A stretch of DNA of 64,000 nt, from the NCBI RefSeq assembly GCF_006345805.1, contig NC_042998.1:186930001-186994000 (forward strand), given 5' to 3'. Positions 12,450-24,962 of the stretch are shown here, in pieces; position 1 is the first letter of the stretch; each line of letters starts with the position of its first letter. A model generated the notes under the pieces. It searched no databases. It was not told the DNA's origin and worked only from the letters and a program-made list of their open reading frames with translations. Position numbers and translations under genes: made by a program. This stretch comes from Octopus sinensis. Lineage: Eukaryota.

Positions 12450-14000
12450 TTGATTTAATTCCTTATGACAACACCTTCCTTACTATAGTAAAAGCAGAGA
12501 TGCTCTTATGCAAAATCACTAGAAGATAGTTTCATTGCCAACCACAGATTATTTTAAACCCTACAATATTGAAGTAATGTTGTAGCTGTATACTCCATTC
12601 TTAGGGTGTGTCCAAAGAATAGCCAGTGAGCTTCCACAATCTCAAAGATCAATTTTCAGAAGCTTTACAATTGGTGACTGACTACTGAAGAGGAAGCAGA
12701 GCAGCTTGTAGCGGAAAAAAAATTCATTTCATTCTCTCTGTTCTACATCGTAAAGCTGCACAGGTCATATGAACTTTCACACATTAAGCAACGTCTGAGC
12801 CACAGAAATAACATATTTGAAAGCAGCTGGTGCCAATATTTTTCTCTACACTTTTTATACAGCATGGCAAGGACAAATGTTTTGGATGGCTCCCATGTTT
12901 CACAGATGCTTTCAATTTCTTGGCTAGTGATAAGAAATGCTATATTCTCAGTTTGCATGAGAGGATGATTCTGCAGCTGAAGGAACATCACTTTGCATGT
13001 CTGTCAAGGCTGCTGTTTGAATCTCTGCACCCAAGGGCTTGCAATACTGTACAGGATATTCTATGAAAAGAACAACTGAAAGATTAATTTTATGGCATTG
13101 TGGCATTTCAACTTCCATAAAACAAGCGTCCAATGAGATTTTTCCCATCAGCACATTTAGTTGTTGGGGTTTTACTAGATATACTCTTAAGTGTAGTTTT
13201 AATAGTTTAAAGTAGATTGTCATAGCAGATCACATTAAGTGTTTGATATACGTCAATACTGAAGACACTGAAAGCATTGTATCACAGATACTTTAAGCAC
13301 TCCAAGTGCATCCTTCACAATACCAGCAGCAAAGGTACAATGGGTTACGAAAAATATTTTACATAGAATAAACATTGAAAATAAGAGCTAATTATTCAGA
13401 CTCCCTGAAACAAAATTGGAACAGTCAAGAGTTTATCGCAACTATTTGAATTTCTCTCCTTCTAAATTAATGATTAGTAAAATAATAAAGACTTTGTAGT
13501 AAGAACTATTAATGGATATCAGCTGAGCGTACAGTTTACTGCTCAAGTGCAAATAAAAACTGATTATACCATCCAATGAGTTGACTACCTTAAAAATGTG
13601 TTGAAATTTTTAAGTGAATAGGTGATAAAACTTCCCTAAGCAATTCACTTAAGATAGAATTGATGCTTTCATAGCTCATCAAATAACTGGCTGTTATATC
13701 TTAAGAATTTAGACGAATCCATTAATAGCAATTAAATTTAATGAGTGACATTATTTTGTGTTGAAAAATATAGCAACATATCACTTGGAAGGATTCTTAG
13801 ATATCTTTGTATAGCTGTTATGATTCTACTTAATGAAGAAAACATTAAGTATTAATTGCCCTTTCTTAACTGAAGGAATGAAAAACAGAAAAAATTACAA
13901 AACTGCAACTGAATGCTTGAATGTCTATAGCTAATTCCGTGAACTGCAACAATATGTTTCTGATTACTATCCATTTACCTACAAAGAATATACTGTCAAA
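12450..14000 (+). mobile_element. Possible highly decayed hAT (Buster/Charlie-like) transposase remnant
   Basis: Only weak collinear fragments (KAEMLLCK; CVQRIASE; D*TTEEE near where DESTD is expected; VLDGS; VDYLKNV...DRIDAF). No TIRs found. Confidence 0.25.
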
Positions 14001-15082
14001 GTTTGATATATATTTCTGGTTAAGGTGATATCATTGACAATGAACTGAACAAAGAATGAAATGGAAATATAACCCAAGGTAAAATAACATTAAAACCACT
14101 AACTGATAAGATATCCTGGCAGGAGTTCACACAATGAATTATTTCTTGGATGAAACACATGCAGAACACTTTAATTCCATATTTCTTGCAAAACATTACA
14201 CAGGCAAACCAAACAAAATCCTCTAAAAGAAAATTAGCATACAAGAAATTTGGTATGAACTAAAAAAACCACCTGTCTTAGAAAAATATATTTGCCATTT
14301 TAAAATTATTCAATCCAACCTATTTCTCATATCTAATTAGTTTAATCATTTCTCTACACTGATCACAGGGTCAAAAGTTTAAAACTTATAACAGTCACTG
14401 CATGGCATCATTGGCCAACTATATTTTGTCTGAATGTCAAAATACATTCTTCCATTGTCATTCCATGTTGAGTAGTAAATGGAGGACCATTAGGTCAAAA
14501 CATAACTATAAACATTCTACTCATTCAAATATAGATGAAACATTTAATATAAAAGTAAAAACTATGAAAACAGGGACATGTATTTTAAACAATTCCAAGT
14601 GTGTGTGTGATATCATAAGAATGTATTCCTTTAACAAGCATCAACAAAATTGTTAGAAGCATTTTTGATTTCAGTGATATAATAAAGCTTAGAGGACATG
14701 CTACAGCGACAAACACAAATTAGAATGTAAATTACCACAAAACCCATTAAAGAATTGTTAAGATTTTTCATTGTAAGATGCACAAGATACTCAGTGAAAA
14801 AACCAAGACTGTTTATACACATTTCAATTCCACTCAACAGCTATTTTGTCTTTTTGGTTTTATATTAAAATATGGTAATCAATAGTAACAGCGTGTAGGA
14901 AGGATTCTTTTATATATTACTTGTGGTAGGTAACTGAATTGCACAGATTATTAATAAGAATTTTACTGCATGGAGTAGTATTATGTCTGCTTGGAATGGG
15001 CAAAAACTATGGCCATTCATATGATGTTGAACATTGCTGTATTCCTTAATGTTATAAGAAACACTTAAGAAATCAACATTAA

Positions 15083-15302
15083 CCCTTTCGTTACCAACCC
15101 GGCTGAAACCGGCCCTGGCTCTGAGTACGAATGTCTTGTTTTTATAAGTTTTGAATTAAAATCTTCCACCAAACCTTAGTCACAATTTATGTTCTTAACA
15201 CTAGCTGAATGATAACTAAGTTATTTTACTAAATTCTTTGTTAGATTTAAAATAATTGAAAGAAACACAGAGCATCTCAAAATAAATACAGTAACCAAAG
15301 GG
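15083..15302. mobile_element. piggyBac-type MITE (subfamily B, CCCTTTCGTTAC ends)
   Basis: TTAA at 15079-15082 and 15303-15306; TIR ccctttcgttac / gtaaccaaaggg; near-identical to 24963-25183; left TIR identical to element at 33711. Confidence 0.9.
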
Positions 15303-15554
15303 TTAAAGTGAACCAATATCATAATTATGAACTTCAAGCTTTAAGAGTTATGTATTCAAGGGAGATTATTAGCATAAGCCTTGGAGCTGCATACAACACG
15401 GCTCTGTAGCATCTCTTATATCACCAACCCTGTTATCTTTCAGACAATCCAGTTTGTTAGTGCTCTTTTAAATGTCAAAGTTTCCTCAATTTTTAATTCT
15501 TTCATGAAATCATTTTGAAAATATTGTAGCCACTAGTGCATAATTAATCCAGCA

Positions 15555-15930
15555 TATGTGGTGCAGCTGTGCAGTTAAGAAGCCTGTTTCTCAACCCCAA
15601 TGTCGGGTTCAGACCCACAGCATGGTACCTTGGGCTCAAGTCTAATCAATGCTTTGTAGGTAAACTTGGCAGATGGAAACTGAAAGAAATGCACTGTGTG
15701 TGTGTGTGTTAGTGTCTTTGACATCATATGACAGTTGTAAACAAGTGTCACCATCATACAAGCAGTATCCTTTATTTCCAATCTTCTGTGAAAATGTCAA
15801 ATCATAGGGAAATATTATCATACTTGGAAACAGGTGAGAAGAAGGGCATCCAGCCACAGAAAATCTCTCAACAAATTCTGTCCAATCCATGCAAGCATGG
15901 AAAAGTGGACATTGAAATGATGATAATGAT
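15555..15930 (+). mobile_element. tRNA-derived SINE (head type 1) with RTE-derived tail (tail type B)
   Basis: Head/core as in 5324-5742, then (TG)n, a different body, and a 3' end gaagggcatccagcc...ccatgcaagcatggaaaagtggacattgaaatgatgat matching the RTE LINE tail. Confidence 0.7.
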
Positions 15931-16199
15931 GACAATATTGCATAGTCTAGTTGAAAGGGAATTCAAGGGAGTAGCTCATACGTCATGTTAGAAACATTTT
16001 AAAAAGCAAACATTATCAGTTTCACATTTTCAGCATTTAACAACTTTAGAAATTTGAATAAACCAAAACAAAAAAATTATTTAATTAATAATAATATCAA
16101 CTATATCTGAACTCAGAGACCAAATTTCAATGCTGTAAGTTTCAATACCAGCTTTTAATATTAGACACACTAGTCAAAGTTGATATTAAAACTTGCAGT

Positions 16200-16660
16200 G
16201 CACATACACATTCATTCCCAAATACACACTACAAAGCTCAAATAAGACCCACATGCTGCTCCCAAATCTGGAACAGTACTACTGCTACACACATTCAGGA
16301 CCACATCCACAGGACATTTGATTGACTGACATAAAATAACTAGTAGACGTGCTCCGATCTCTGGTTCACAGACATGCAGTTACCTCTATTTCTACTATAA
16401 TGACATCTCTTCCTCAGAGCTGGCTAGTTTCATACCCCCTCCACTCAGGTACCTCTGAACACACTTGTCCACTTTGGACTCTTGTTACTTCCAACCTTTT
16501 GGCCTTACATAAACCCAGTACATCATCACTCTAGAATATTATCCTTCCTCTGTTATTTCCTGTAGATATTGACCTACAACTGTGTGAACTGATCAATAAC
16601 AGCACTGAGGTTATCACTCTCAGAAGATCTGCAAAGATCAAGGGAGCTGCCCTTTTCACC
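16200..16660 (+). mobile_element. CR1/L2-like LINE 3' fragment
   Basis: YKAQIRPT..CSQIW motif; homologous to 17480-17990 and 43060-44030. Confidence 0.6.
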
Positions 16661-17479
16661 ACATTCAGCAAGTATAAAAACAACCTGAATATAGACATAG
16701 AAAATTCCTATATATACCCATCATACACTTTGAGGTTATTTTCTGTTTATAAATATCAGCTGTATTAGCTTTAAAATCTGAAGATAACAAAATCACAAAT
16801 CTAAAAAATTTCATGAGGTCAAAACAGTATATATATACCTTAATCGGTATAAAAATACATATCTCATCTTTGTATGCTTCCATAAGTTTAAAGCATATCC
16901 TCAGGACCAGTGCTTAATTCTGGTTTCAAAGTATTAAATTAATGGGAGATAAATCTCCTAAGTATAAAATGCCAGTCTATTGCAAAAAGCTCCTGTAAAT
17001 TACCCGACACCTACTACCAAGAACTAAATTAAGTGATCAATGTTAAATTAAAGGTAGTATCTAAATGAACAACAAAAAGAGCATGGAGTAGAATAACACA
17101 AAATGAACTCAAGACCTGAGATTTAACAGTCTATTACCATATCCACCCATGGCCTCACTACCACATCAGATCATTCACTATTATTTCACTTCAAATAAAA
17201 GAGGAATGAAATGTACTGAGATTCTGTAGTAAGTATATAAAATTCTAGGATGCAAATAATATTGCATTATGGATTCCAATTAGTTGAACTGAATATGAAC
17301 TGAAATTCTAACAGAGCAACTATTATTAAGTATCTCCATATCTACATAATGATTGTTCAAAAGACAGAAAGACAAAGGAGTTGAGGAAACAATATATATG
17401 CAAAACCATATCTAAAATATACAAAGTGAAATAGATAGAATTAAGTTTATCATGTCCCATTCACAATAAACAGCATGCA

Positions 17480-17990
17480 ATTACCTCAGGGCCTCTACAA
17501 ATGTTTGGCCTCACTCCCACAAAGGATCACACTTGGTGAATGTGCATCTTAAACAAAGATTTCATGTAGGCCAGAAAAATGTTTTGGGCCTGACTACTAC
17601 TGACCTTTCTAAAACTCAAGTGAGATCCACAATAGAGTACTGCTTTCACATCTAGGACAGTGCTACACCTACAGATACAGACATCCTAGATTGAATTTTT
17701 AAAAAAGAAGCAAGAAGTCATTCAGCAATTATTCCAATATCTAACCAATATCTCCTCTCTACCATTTCTGCTGCTGCTGCTACAGTGACCTCCCTGGCAG
17801 TCTTCACATTTGTCTCACTTCTTTTTATTGTCTATATGGACACCTCCACCACAAATACACACACCTCACCAGCTGTCAGTTCTCTAGTGTCCTCCCGGCC
17901 CAAGTTTATCCTGCAACCACTGACTCACAACTATTCAAGAGGAGCATTAATGTCTATTTCACCAATATTGAAGAGCCTGCAAAGGCAATG
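17480..17990 (+). mobile_element. CR1/L2-like LINE 3' fragment
   Basis: SKTQVRSTIEYCFHI*DSATPT..LD and LPAQVYP..LFKRSIN, resembling the post-RT thumb region of CR1-type LINEs. Confidence 0.6.
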
Positions 17991-18699
17991 GGTATGGCTC
18001 CCTTCCACTAGACCATCATCATCATTTAACGTCTGCTTAGTTTCAAAAAATTAAAAAAGAGACCCTTGATATTTTAACACTGCAGGGAAAACATATAACG
18101 GCTTGAATACAACTCAATGCATGACTGCTACCTCTTTTCCCAATATGAAAGACAGAGACAGCAAATTTAAGTTTTGTAGAATTCAAAAATATTTTCTTTG
18201 GCAGTGTCATTTTTGCTACTGCAATGCTTAAAAAAAAAATCAAGAAAATCTAATTTCAGAAAACACTGTTCAGAAGCATTGTTTGATCCTACAAACAGTG
18301 CTAGATATTTGTAAATGTAAGATCCTACACTAACTAGAAAAATTTGTAATGCTCCAACATCCTCGGTAAAATGTGTGAATGCAGCAGACCTCACAATTGG
18401 AGAGGTGCAGTTTATGATGAACTGAGGAGTACATGAATTTTGCACATACATCTTCAACAGCAGATGTGTTCCTTATTTCAAATGACAAGAGCATTTGAAG
18501 GAGGGAATCTATCTTAAAGCATTAAGTTTAAAGATTTATTTTACTATGCAACTAGGCTTCACTCACAACAGGTTTTGTTTTAGTTCAAATATTTGTAATA
18601 TATTTCCACAGCAACAAATGCTTTATTAGGTGTGTACTTAGCTAAGTTATATAGTTATGTCGTCTCACATGGACAGTTTATAATGAAAGTTTATAATCA

Positions 18700-19114
18700 A
18701 ATGGAAATTGTAGTTGTGGCTGATGCCAGTGCTGCCTGACTGGCTTCTGTGCTGGTGGCATGCAATAAGCATCATGCATGCGTGGGTCATTGCCAGTGCC
18801 GCCTGACTGGCTCCCCGTGCTGGTGGCACATAAAAAGCACCATCTGAACGTGGTCAAAGTCACCCCCCCCTCCGGACTGGCTCCTGTGCCAGTAGCACAT
18901 AAAAAGCACCATCTGAACATGGCCAATGCCAGTGCCGCCTGACTGGCTCCAATGGCACCCACTACACTCTCGGAGCAATTGACGTTAGGAAGGGCATCCA
19001 GCTGTAGAAACACTGCCAGATCAGATTGGATCCTGGTGTGGCCTCCTGGCTTGCCAGTCCCCAGTCAAGCATCCAACCCATGCCAGCATGGAAAACGAAT
19101 GTATGATGATGATG
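18700..19114 (+). mobile_element. RTE LINE 3'UTR/tail copy with internal minisatellite
   Basis: ggcacataaaaagcacc cores, ttaggaagggcatccagctgtagaaac, ccatgccagcatggaaaacg, (GAT)n end. Confidence 0.8.
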
Positions 19115-19536
19115 TATCAAATTTATTGATTTTACTTAAAAAGAAAACAATGACAAGTAATCTAATTTTTAAAATTTGTTCTAAAGAATTAAATAAATAA
19201 AATTGTTTTACTAATTTAACACAGCAATGTAACAGAGGTGTTATTTTTACCTACATTATTATTAATCCACAGATTTCATGAAACAAAATGTCATAACATT
19301 TTGCTTGAAAATAAATAGAAAAAAAATAATAATAATACTCAGATAAAATTAAATACAAATATAACAAAAAGTAAGCAAACTGTTTACAGTACTTATATGA
19401 AACCCAAATGTTTGTGCACAATGCTAAGATAACAGAATGATCAGACCTTTTAATAATTGGTAACACTGAAGTTAAGACAGTGTTTCAGCATTGAACTGGT
19501 ACACTTGTGGAATGTGCTGCCCTAAGTAATACCTAC

Positions 19537-19659
19537 CTCGCTGAAGATTAACATTCATTGCTACAGAGCGAAGGACAGAGCTGGCGGAATTGACCAGAGT
19601 CGAGTCATGGGCGGAAGGAGGAGACTGCTCAGGTAAACCTGTAGTCTTGTTGTTCCCAG
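19537..19659 (-). CDS. Candidate internal exon (123 nt, phase 1-1) of an unidentified host gene
   Basis: Minus strand: branch-like ttaat, long polypyrimidine tract ttttctcattccgcctcttttcactgcttacAG, donor GAG|GTAGGT. One open frame: (A)GNNKTTGLPEQSPPSAHDSTLVNSASSVLRSVAMNVNLQR. Sits in a repeat-free GC-rich island (35/60 G+C at 19561-19620). No homologue recognised. Confidence 0.45.
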
Positions 19660-20638
19660 CTGTAAGCAGTGAAAAGAGGCGGAATGAGAAAATTAATGCT
19701 ACTCAGATCACTGGCTGGACTGAATAAGGGATGGACTTTGGGTACGTACACAGCTCGTAATTCGAAGGGATCAACTGGCAGCAGAGGGAATTAGCCAAAT
19801 CATGTAAAATGTTACAAAGAAAATCCATTATCAAGATGGCTATATAAATATATCCAAATGAGATAATTACTTTCACTTAGTCTAGCCACAAGACCAACAA
19901 AAAGAATAAGAAAATTTTCTTAAAAATTGCAAGTCAGTTGCAGCATAGAACTGTCTTAAAATATTAAGAATGAGAAAGAGAAAATAACTATATTAGTACT
20001 GCTTGGGGTAACAGAAAAGAAATATTTAATAGGTAAGCAGAATACTCTAAATCCTTGATTAGATTGGTCAGTAGCAATAAAAGAAATAATAATAATAATT
20101 AAAAAAAAAAAAAAAGGGAAAAGAAAATCAGATCACATTCAGAATACACACATACACAAGACTGGAAAATTACAACTTTCAAATGATATATTTAATCAGA
20201 TTATCAAAACAAAGCAGTTGTGAGTGGGTTTGGCTCTATAATCAAGAAACAATCATTTCTGAGATTTGTAATCATATCCAAAAATTGCTGAATGGAGCAA
20301 TATACTGTAAACTGAGATAATTCAGTTAGAAATTCTTAAGAGAGATGGGTTTAAAGCAATACAAATGGAGTTTATAGCTAAGAAATGAATGTAAATAGAG
20401 CACAAGTGGTTAAATAGTTTATGGTATTAGCATTCAAAAAAACATAAATTAGTTGGCACAGCAACTGACCAAAAACAATGCAGGTTTAAAGTAATTCACA
20501 GGAGGGATTAGAGCAAGCAATTAAGATGCATTATGCACAAACATTTCTGGAAGTGACACCATTAAATAAACAAAACAGAAAAATAAGCTTTTTCATGAGT
20601 AAATATATAACAGCAACAACAATAATAATAATAATAAT

Positions 20639-21262
20639 GGTTTCAAATTTTGGTACAAGGCTAGCAATTTTGGGGGAGGGAGTAAGTTGATTACATCGGC
20701 CCCAGTGATTAATTGGTACTTATTTTATTGACCCCAAAAGGATAAAAGGCAAAATCATCCTCAGCAGAATTTGAACTCAGAACAAAGACCGGTGAAATGT
20801 TAAGCATTTTGCCCAGCATGTTAACTTCTGCCAGTTCACTGCCATAATAATAGCTTTTAACAAAATAACAATTGCTAATACAGGTACAACATCACAGATT
20901 TTGTGGGAGAGGTGAGTATTTGGTTGGTACTTTTATTTTAAAGACCTTAGAAGGATGAAAGGTAAAGTTGACCTCAGTGGGATTTGAACTCAAAATATAA
21001 GCACAAGGCCAGAAAGTTTGGCTGAAGGAAATAGGTAAAATTAAACTGATCCCAGAACTTGACAGTTACTCTATTCTATCACCCACCCACCACCACTCCA
21101 GAAGAATGAAAGGCAAAGTTGATATCAGTGGAAGAGCCAAAAAATAATTTCTTAAACATAAGGCCAAACATTTTGGAGGACGGTATAGTGTGACCCTAGT
21201 CATATACTGGCGTCACACTATACCAAGAAGGATAAAAAGGAAAGTCTATCCTAGCGAAATTT
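20639..21262 (-). mobile_element. Cluster of four same-orientation tRNA-derived SINE (head type 2) copies
   Basis: Four repeats of ...aaggatgaaaggcaaagtcgac...gatttgaactc-like sequence at ~20639-20843, 20875-20995, 20998-21135, 21150-21262; reverse complement of 23471-23705. Confidence 0.7.
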
Positions 21263-21620
21263 ATTAAAGAAATGTAGCTAAATTTGGTTTATGAAGAAAT
21301 AATCCTTTATTCCTGAATATGTGAACATGAATATATGAAAGAACTACTAACTGCAAAATAGAGGCAACATTTTTGTATGCAGAGAGGTGCAGATACAGCT
21401 GTGTGGTTAAAAAGTTTACTCCATAACAACAGGACAGTACCTTCTACTTGGGTTGGCTTGTGATCCCAAAGATACCCACATCTTTCTGGCTGATTTAAAA
21501 CTATCATAGTAAATTCTTCCACAATCAAGACCAAGCTTGCAAGAAAACATAATGTGAATAAGAGGACAATAGAGTTAGGACCATTAAAAAAATACTTAGG
21601 TATGAAGTCCATATTTTCAG

Positions 21621-21824
21621 AGACATGAAACCATTCTCACAACTTGTTCTGAAGCTATTAAATTTAAGAGAGCCTCAAAGCTTCTCAACTACTTGGAGCA
21701 TATACAAAGGGAAGTGGAAAGTCAACCAAGTTACATGGTTATGAAACATTTAGTCCATCAATATGGACAAGACCAAGAGGACATGCTCAGACTTCCCCAT
21801 CTGTATTTAATGATGATGGACATA
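21621..21824 (+). CDS. Candidate internal exon (204 nt, phase 0-0), unidentified product
   Basis: Acceptor ccatattttcAG, donor ATA|GTGAGT, 68 stop-free codons: RHETILTTCSEAIKFKRASKLLNYLEHIQREVESQPSYMVMKHLVHQYGQDQEDMLRLPHLYLMMMDI. No homologue recognised. Confidence 0.35.
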
Positions 21825-22209
21825 GTGAGTGATATCTTTCCTTATGTTATGTCAAAGTTCCATGCTTCTACCTTTTTATTTGCAAGCTTTGAAATACCTC
21901 AACACAAACAGTCTCAATTTAGTCACCCAACCTTGTATGTGTGTGTGTATGTATTTATGTTTACATCAATTTAAAAATCTGTTTTGTTTGTTTTTATGTA
22001 TTTGTTAAGCTCCACAATCTCATGGTTCAACAAACAGGGTTCAATCTGGTCAACTAAACCTGCTGTGCCAGTGGTGTCCCAACATGACTGCAGTTCAATG
22101 ACTAAGACCATTTAAGGAATATAAAATTACATTTTAAGTACTGGATTACAGATCCAACATTAACCACTAATGAAAACCCATTCTTTTGTGTGGTGTCAAG
22201 GAAAAACTG

Positions 22210-22423
22210 TCTGTCTGTGTCTCTCTCTCTCTCTCTCTTTCTCTCTCTCACACACATACACACATATTTCTCTCAGCTTCCATCTATCAAATCTACTCAC
22301 AAGGATTTGGGTGACCCAGGGCTATGGTATAAAACATTTGCAGAAAGTGCGTTGCAATGGAACTGAACCCATAACCATGCAGTTGGGAAGTGAACTTCTT
22401 AACCACACATTCATGCCTGCACC
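22210..22423 (-). mobile_element. tRNA-derived SINE (head type 1), 5' half
   Basis: ctatcaaatctactcacaagg...actgaaccc...accacacattcatgcctgcacc, homologous to 5324-5742. Confidence 0.7.
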
Positions 22424-23470
22424 AGTAACATATAATAATATCCACCTTCAGTCTATCAATATATAAAATTCTCTCTCCACCCATCTCTTTCAGGCCATGA
22501 CTTTTTTAATGAAATGTCAAGTATGATGTAATCAATATTTTTTATCTAAAAAACAACAACAAACTAATAAGGTCTTGTAAGGTCAAATGAAATTGAAAAT
22601 GCTGAATCAAGTTCACACCCTAAAGATTTTGAATATAAATATTTTCCCTTGTGAGCATGCCACAGATAGAAAGTAAGTGTTGGGTCAAGCTACAAGGCTA
22701 CCAAGAAGACCATAGTGAGTTTAAACTATATTACCATAGCTGTTATGCTCCTAAGAATACTTTCTCTAGTTTTCCTGACCAACAGAAGCAGGTATACCTC
22801 ATTGTTGAGTTGTTTGCAACAGGAAAGACTTCCAACTAAACAAACCCATGAGTGTGGCTCTATGTGGTCACTTGACCTACTAAAAATAGCAGCTAAATTT
22901 CCAACAAATCCTACCCTAACATCTTGCAAAAAAAAAAAAAAACACATTGCTTATGATTATAAGTACACTTACACTGAAAAAATAGATTGTGATGGTCATG
23001 GTTGGAACACCTTTAATCGTAAACCTGCTAAAACAGTACTTACTAGGACTAAACAAAAAAAACATCTAATTATAAAAATAATTGGTCTAAACAAAATAAA
23101 AATACTCCATATAAACACGGAAAAAAAAATGAATGCAAACACACATTTTACAAAATAAGATAGTAATTCTCATTTAATCAGCAGAAGTAAAAAAAAAATT
23201 TTAATCTATTGGAACATTAACAATATGTGATAGGTAAGCAAAAAATAGTATCAAACATAAAATTGTTTGACTGAAAGATATACATCAATATGTAGTATAG
23301 CAGTTGCATTTCTTAAATGTCTACAGAAGTTGCATTTTTAAAATTAGTCTATGAAATAATTTATTAAATGTTCAATATCTGAAACGTCTCACAATATTTC
23401 ATGGCACCTATTAATGGCATCTAATTTCTTACTTAGCAGTTTTATTTTAGGTCTTGTGGTATATACTTTA

Positions 23471-23705
23471 AGGTGGTGAGCTGGCAGAAACATTAGCATG
23501 CCGGGTGAAATGCATAGTCATATTTCGTCTGCCGTTATGTTCTGAGTTCAAATTCCGCCAAGGTCGACTTTGCCTTTCATCCTTTCGGGGTCGATAAATA
23601 AGTACCAGTTATGCAGTGGGGTCGATGTAATTGACTTAATCCGTTTGTTTGTCCTTGTCTGTCCCCTCTGTGTTTAGACCCTTGTGGGTAGTAAAGAAAT
23701 AGGTA
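23471..23705 (+). mobile_element. tRNA-derived SINE (head type 2), well preserved
   Basis: ggtggtgagctggcagaa (A-box-like), gagttcaaattcc (B-box), central gtcgactttgcctttcatcctttcggggtcgataaataagtaccag domain of the kind shared by widespread metazoan SINE superfamilies (exact family not verified). Confidence 0.8.
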
Positions 23706-23849
23706 TATACTTTCAGCCCATCCACATATAAAGCTATGTGTTATGTTAGTACTTTTATCGCCCTGAGCGCCAATGACATGAATTTCACTTTTACATACAG
23801 ATACAAGTAATCCTAGATATGAACATAAAATTATAGTTTGAGTGGAGTA

Positions 23850-24130
23850 TATGCACATTTCTCATGATTGGTCGTAGATATTGCCTTTCCATTTTTTTTA
23901 TTCACATGTTAACATTTATTTAGTAGTCATCGAGTTCCACAGAACACTTTATCAATTATTTCTCCATTCTTGATAGCACAAAGATCATCAATGAATTGGA
24001 ATACACAACTTTTAACAAGTAAGTATGAACAGCCTTTGGGAGATCACAAAAGATCTATAAAGAGCAAACTGCATAAAATATTGGTTGCTTAGCATGTACA
24101 CTACACCTTGAATTGGTAATAAATAGGTGT
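23850..24130 (-). mobile_element. Second Penelope-like RT fragment (FIDD-type)
   Basis: Minus strand reads VFQFIDDLCAIKNGEIIDKVF (FIDDL at ~23980-23994), followed by a NIYDQ (LYDKR-like) motif. Confidence 0.55.
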
Positions 24131-24139
24131 TTATCGTCA

Positions 24140-24400
24140 CCTTAACTTCCACTTCTCCATGCTAGCATGGGTCAGATGGAATTCATTGTGGTAGATTTTC
24201 TATAGTGGGATGGCCTTCCTTTGGCCAATTCTCACCAGTTTCTAAGCAAGGTATATTTTCCCCACAGCCAGACGTGTTTCCACAGAAGGTTGGAAATGAA
24301 GGACGCAGCATACATGATAGTGAAGCTTGTATACAACCATTGTGCAATGTTAAGACAAGGAGATACAAATGCACGTGTATGCATGTGCATGCACACACAC
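24140..24400 (-). mobile_element. SINE body + RTE-type tail (tail type B)
   Basis: Reverse-complement homologue of 15700-15930 and 63060-63265. Confidence 0.65.
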
Positions 24401-24790
24401 ATGCAGGCACAACTATGTGGTTAAGAAATTCACTTTGAAATCACGTGGTTTCAGGTTCAGCCCTACTGCATGGCACCTTGGGCAAGTGTCTTCTACTAAT
24501 ATCTCAAGGCTATCAATACCTTGTAAGTGAATTTGGTAGATAGAAACTACGGAAGCACACATACGTGTGTTGCACACACAAGTGTGATTGCATTTGTCCC
24601 TTACCACTTGGCAACCAATATTGGTTGTTCACATCTTTGTAACTTAAAGTTGGCAAAAAGAGACAGAATGAGCACCAGATATAAAAAATTAAAACACTGG
24701 CAGCAATTTGCTCAACTACAACTTTTCAGATAGTGCCCCAGCATGGTCATAGTCGAAAGACTGAAATAAGTAAAAGAATAAAAGAAAAAG
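24401..24790 (+). mobile_element. tRNA-derived SINE (head type 1, tail type A)
   Basis: ggttcagccctactgcatggcaccttgggcaagtgtcttctact core; cccagcatggtcatagtcgaaagactgaaataagtaaaagaataaaag tail. Confidence 0.75.
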
Positions 24791-24962
24791 GGAGTATACA
24801 CAAAGACAACAGATTTCTTGTAGTTTCCTTCAACCATTCAAAAGACTTTGGTCAGCCGAGAGTTATAGTAGAAGACACTTGCATATGGTACTGCACAGTG
24901 GGATTGAAACCCAAGATCATGTGATTGGGAAGCAAATGACACAGCTATGTTATGTCATTTAA

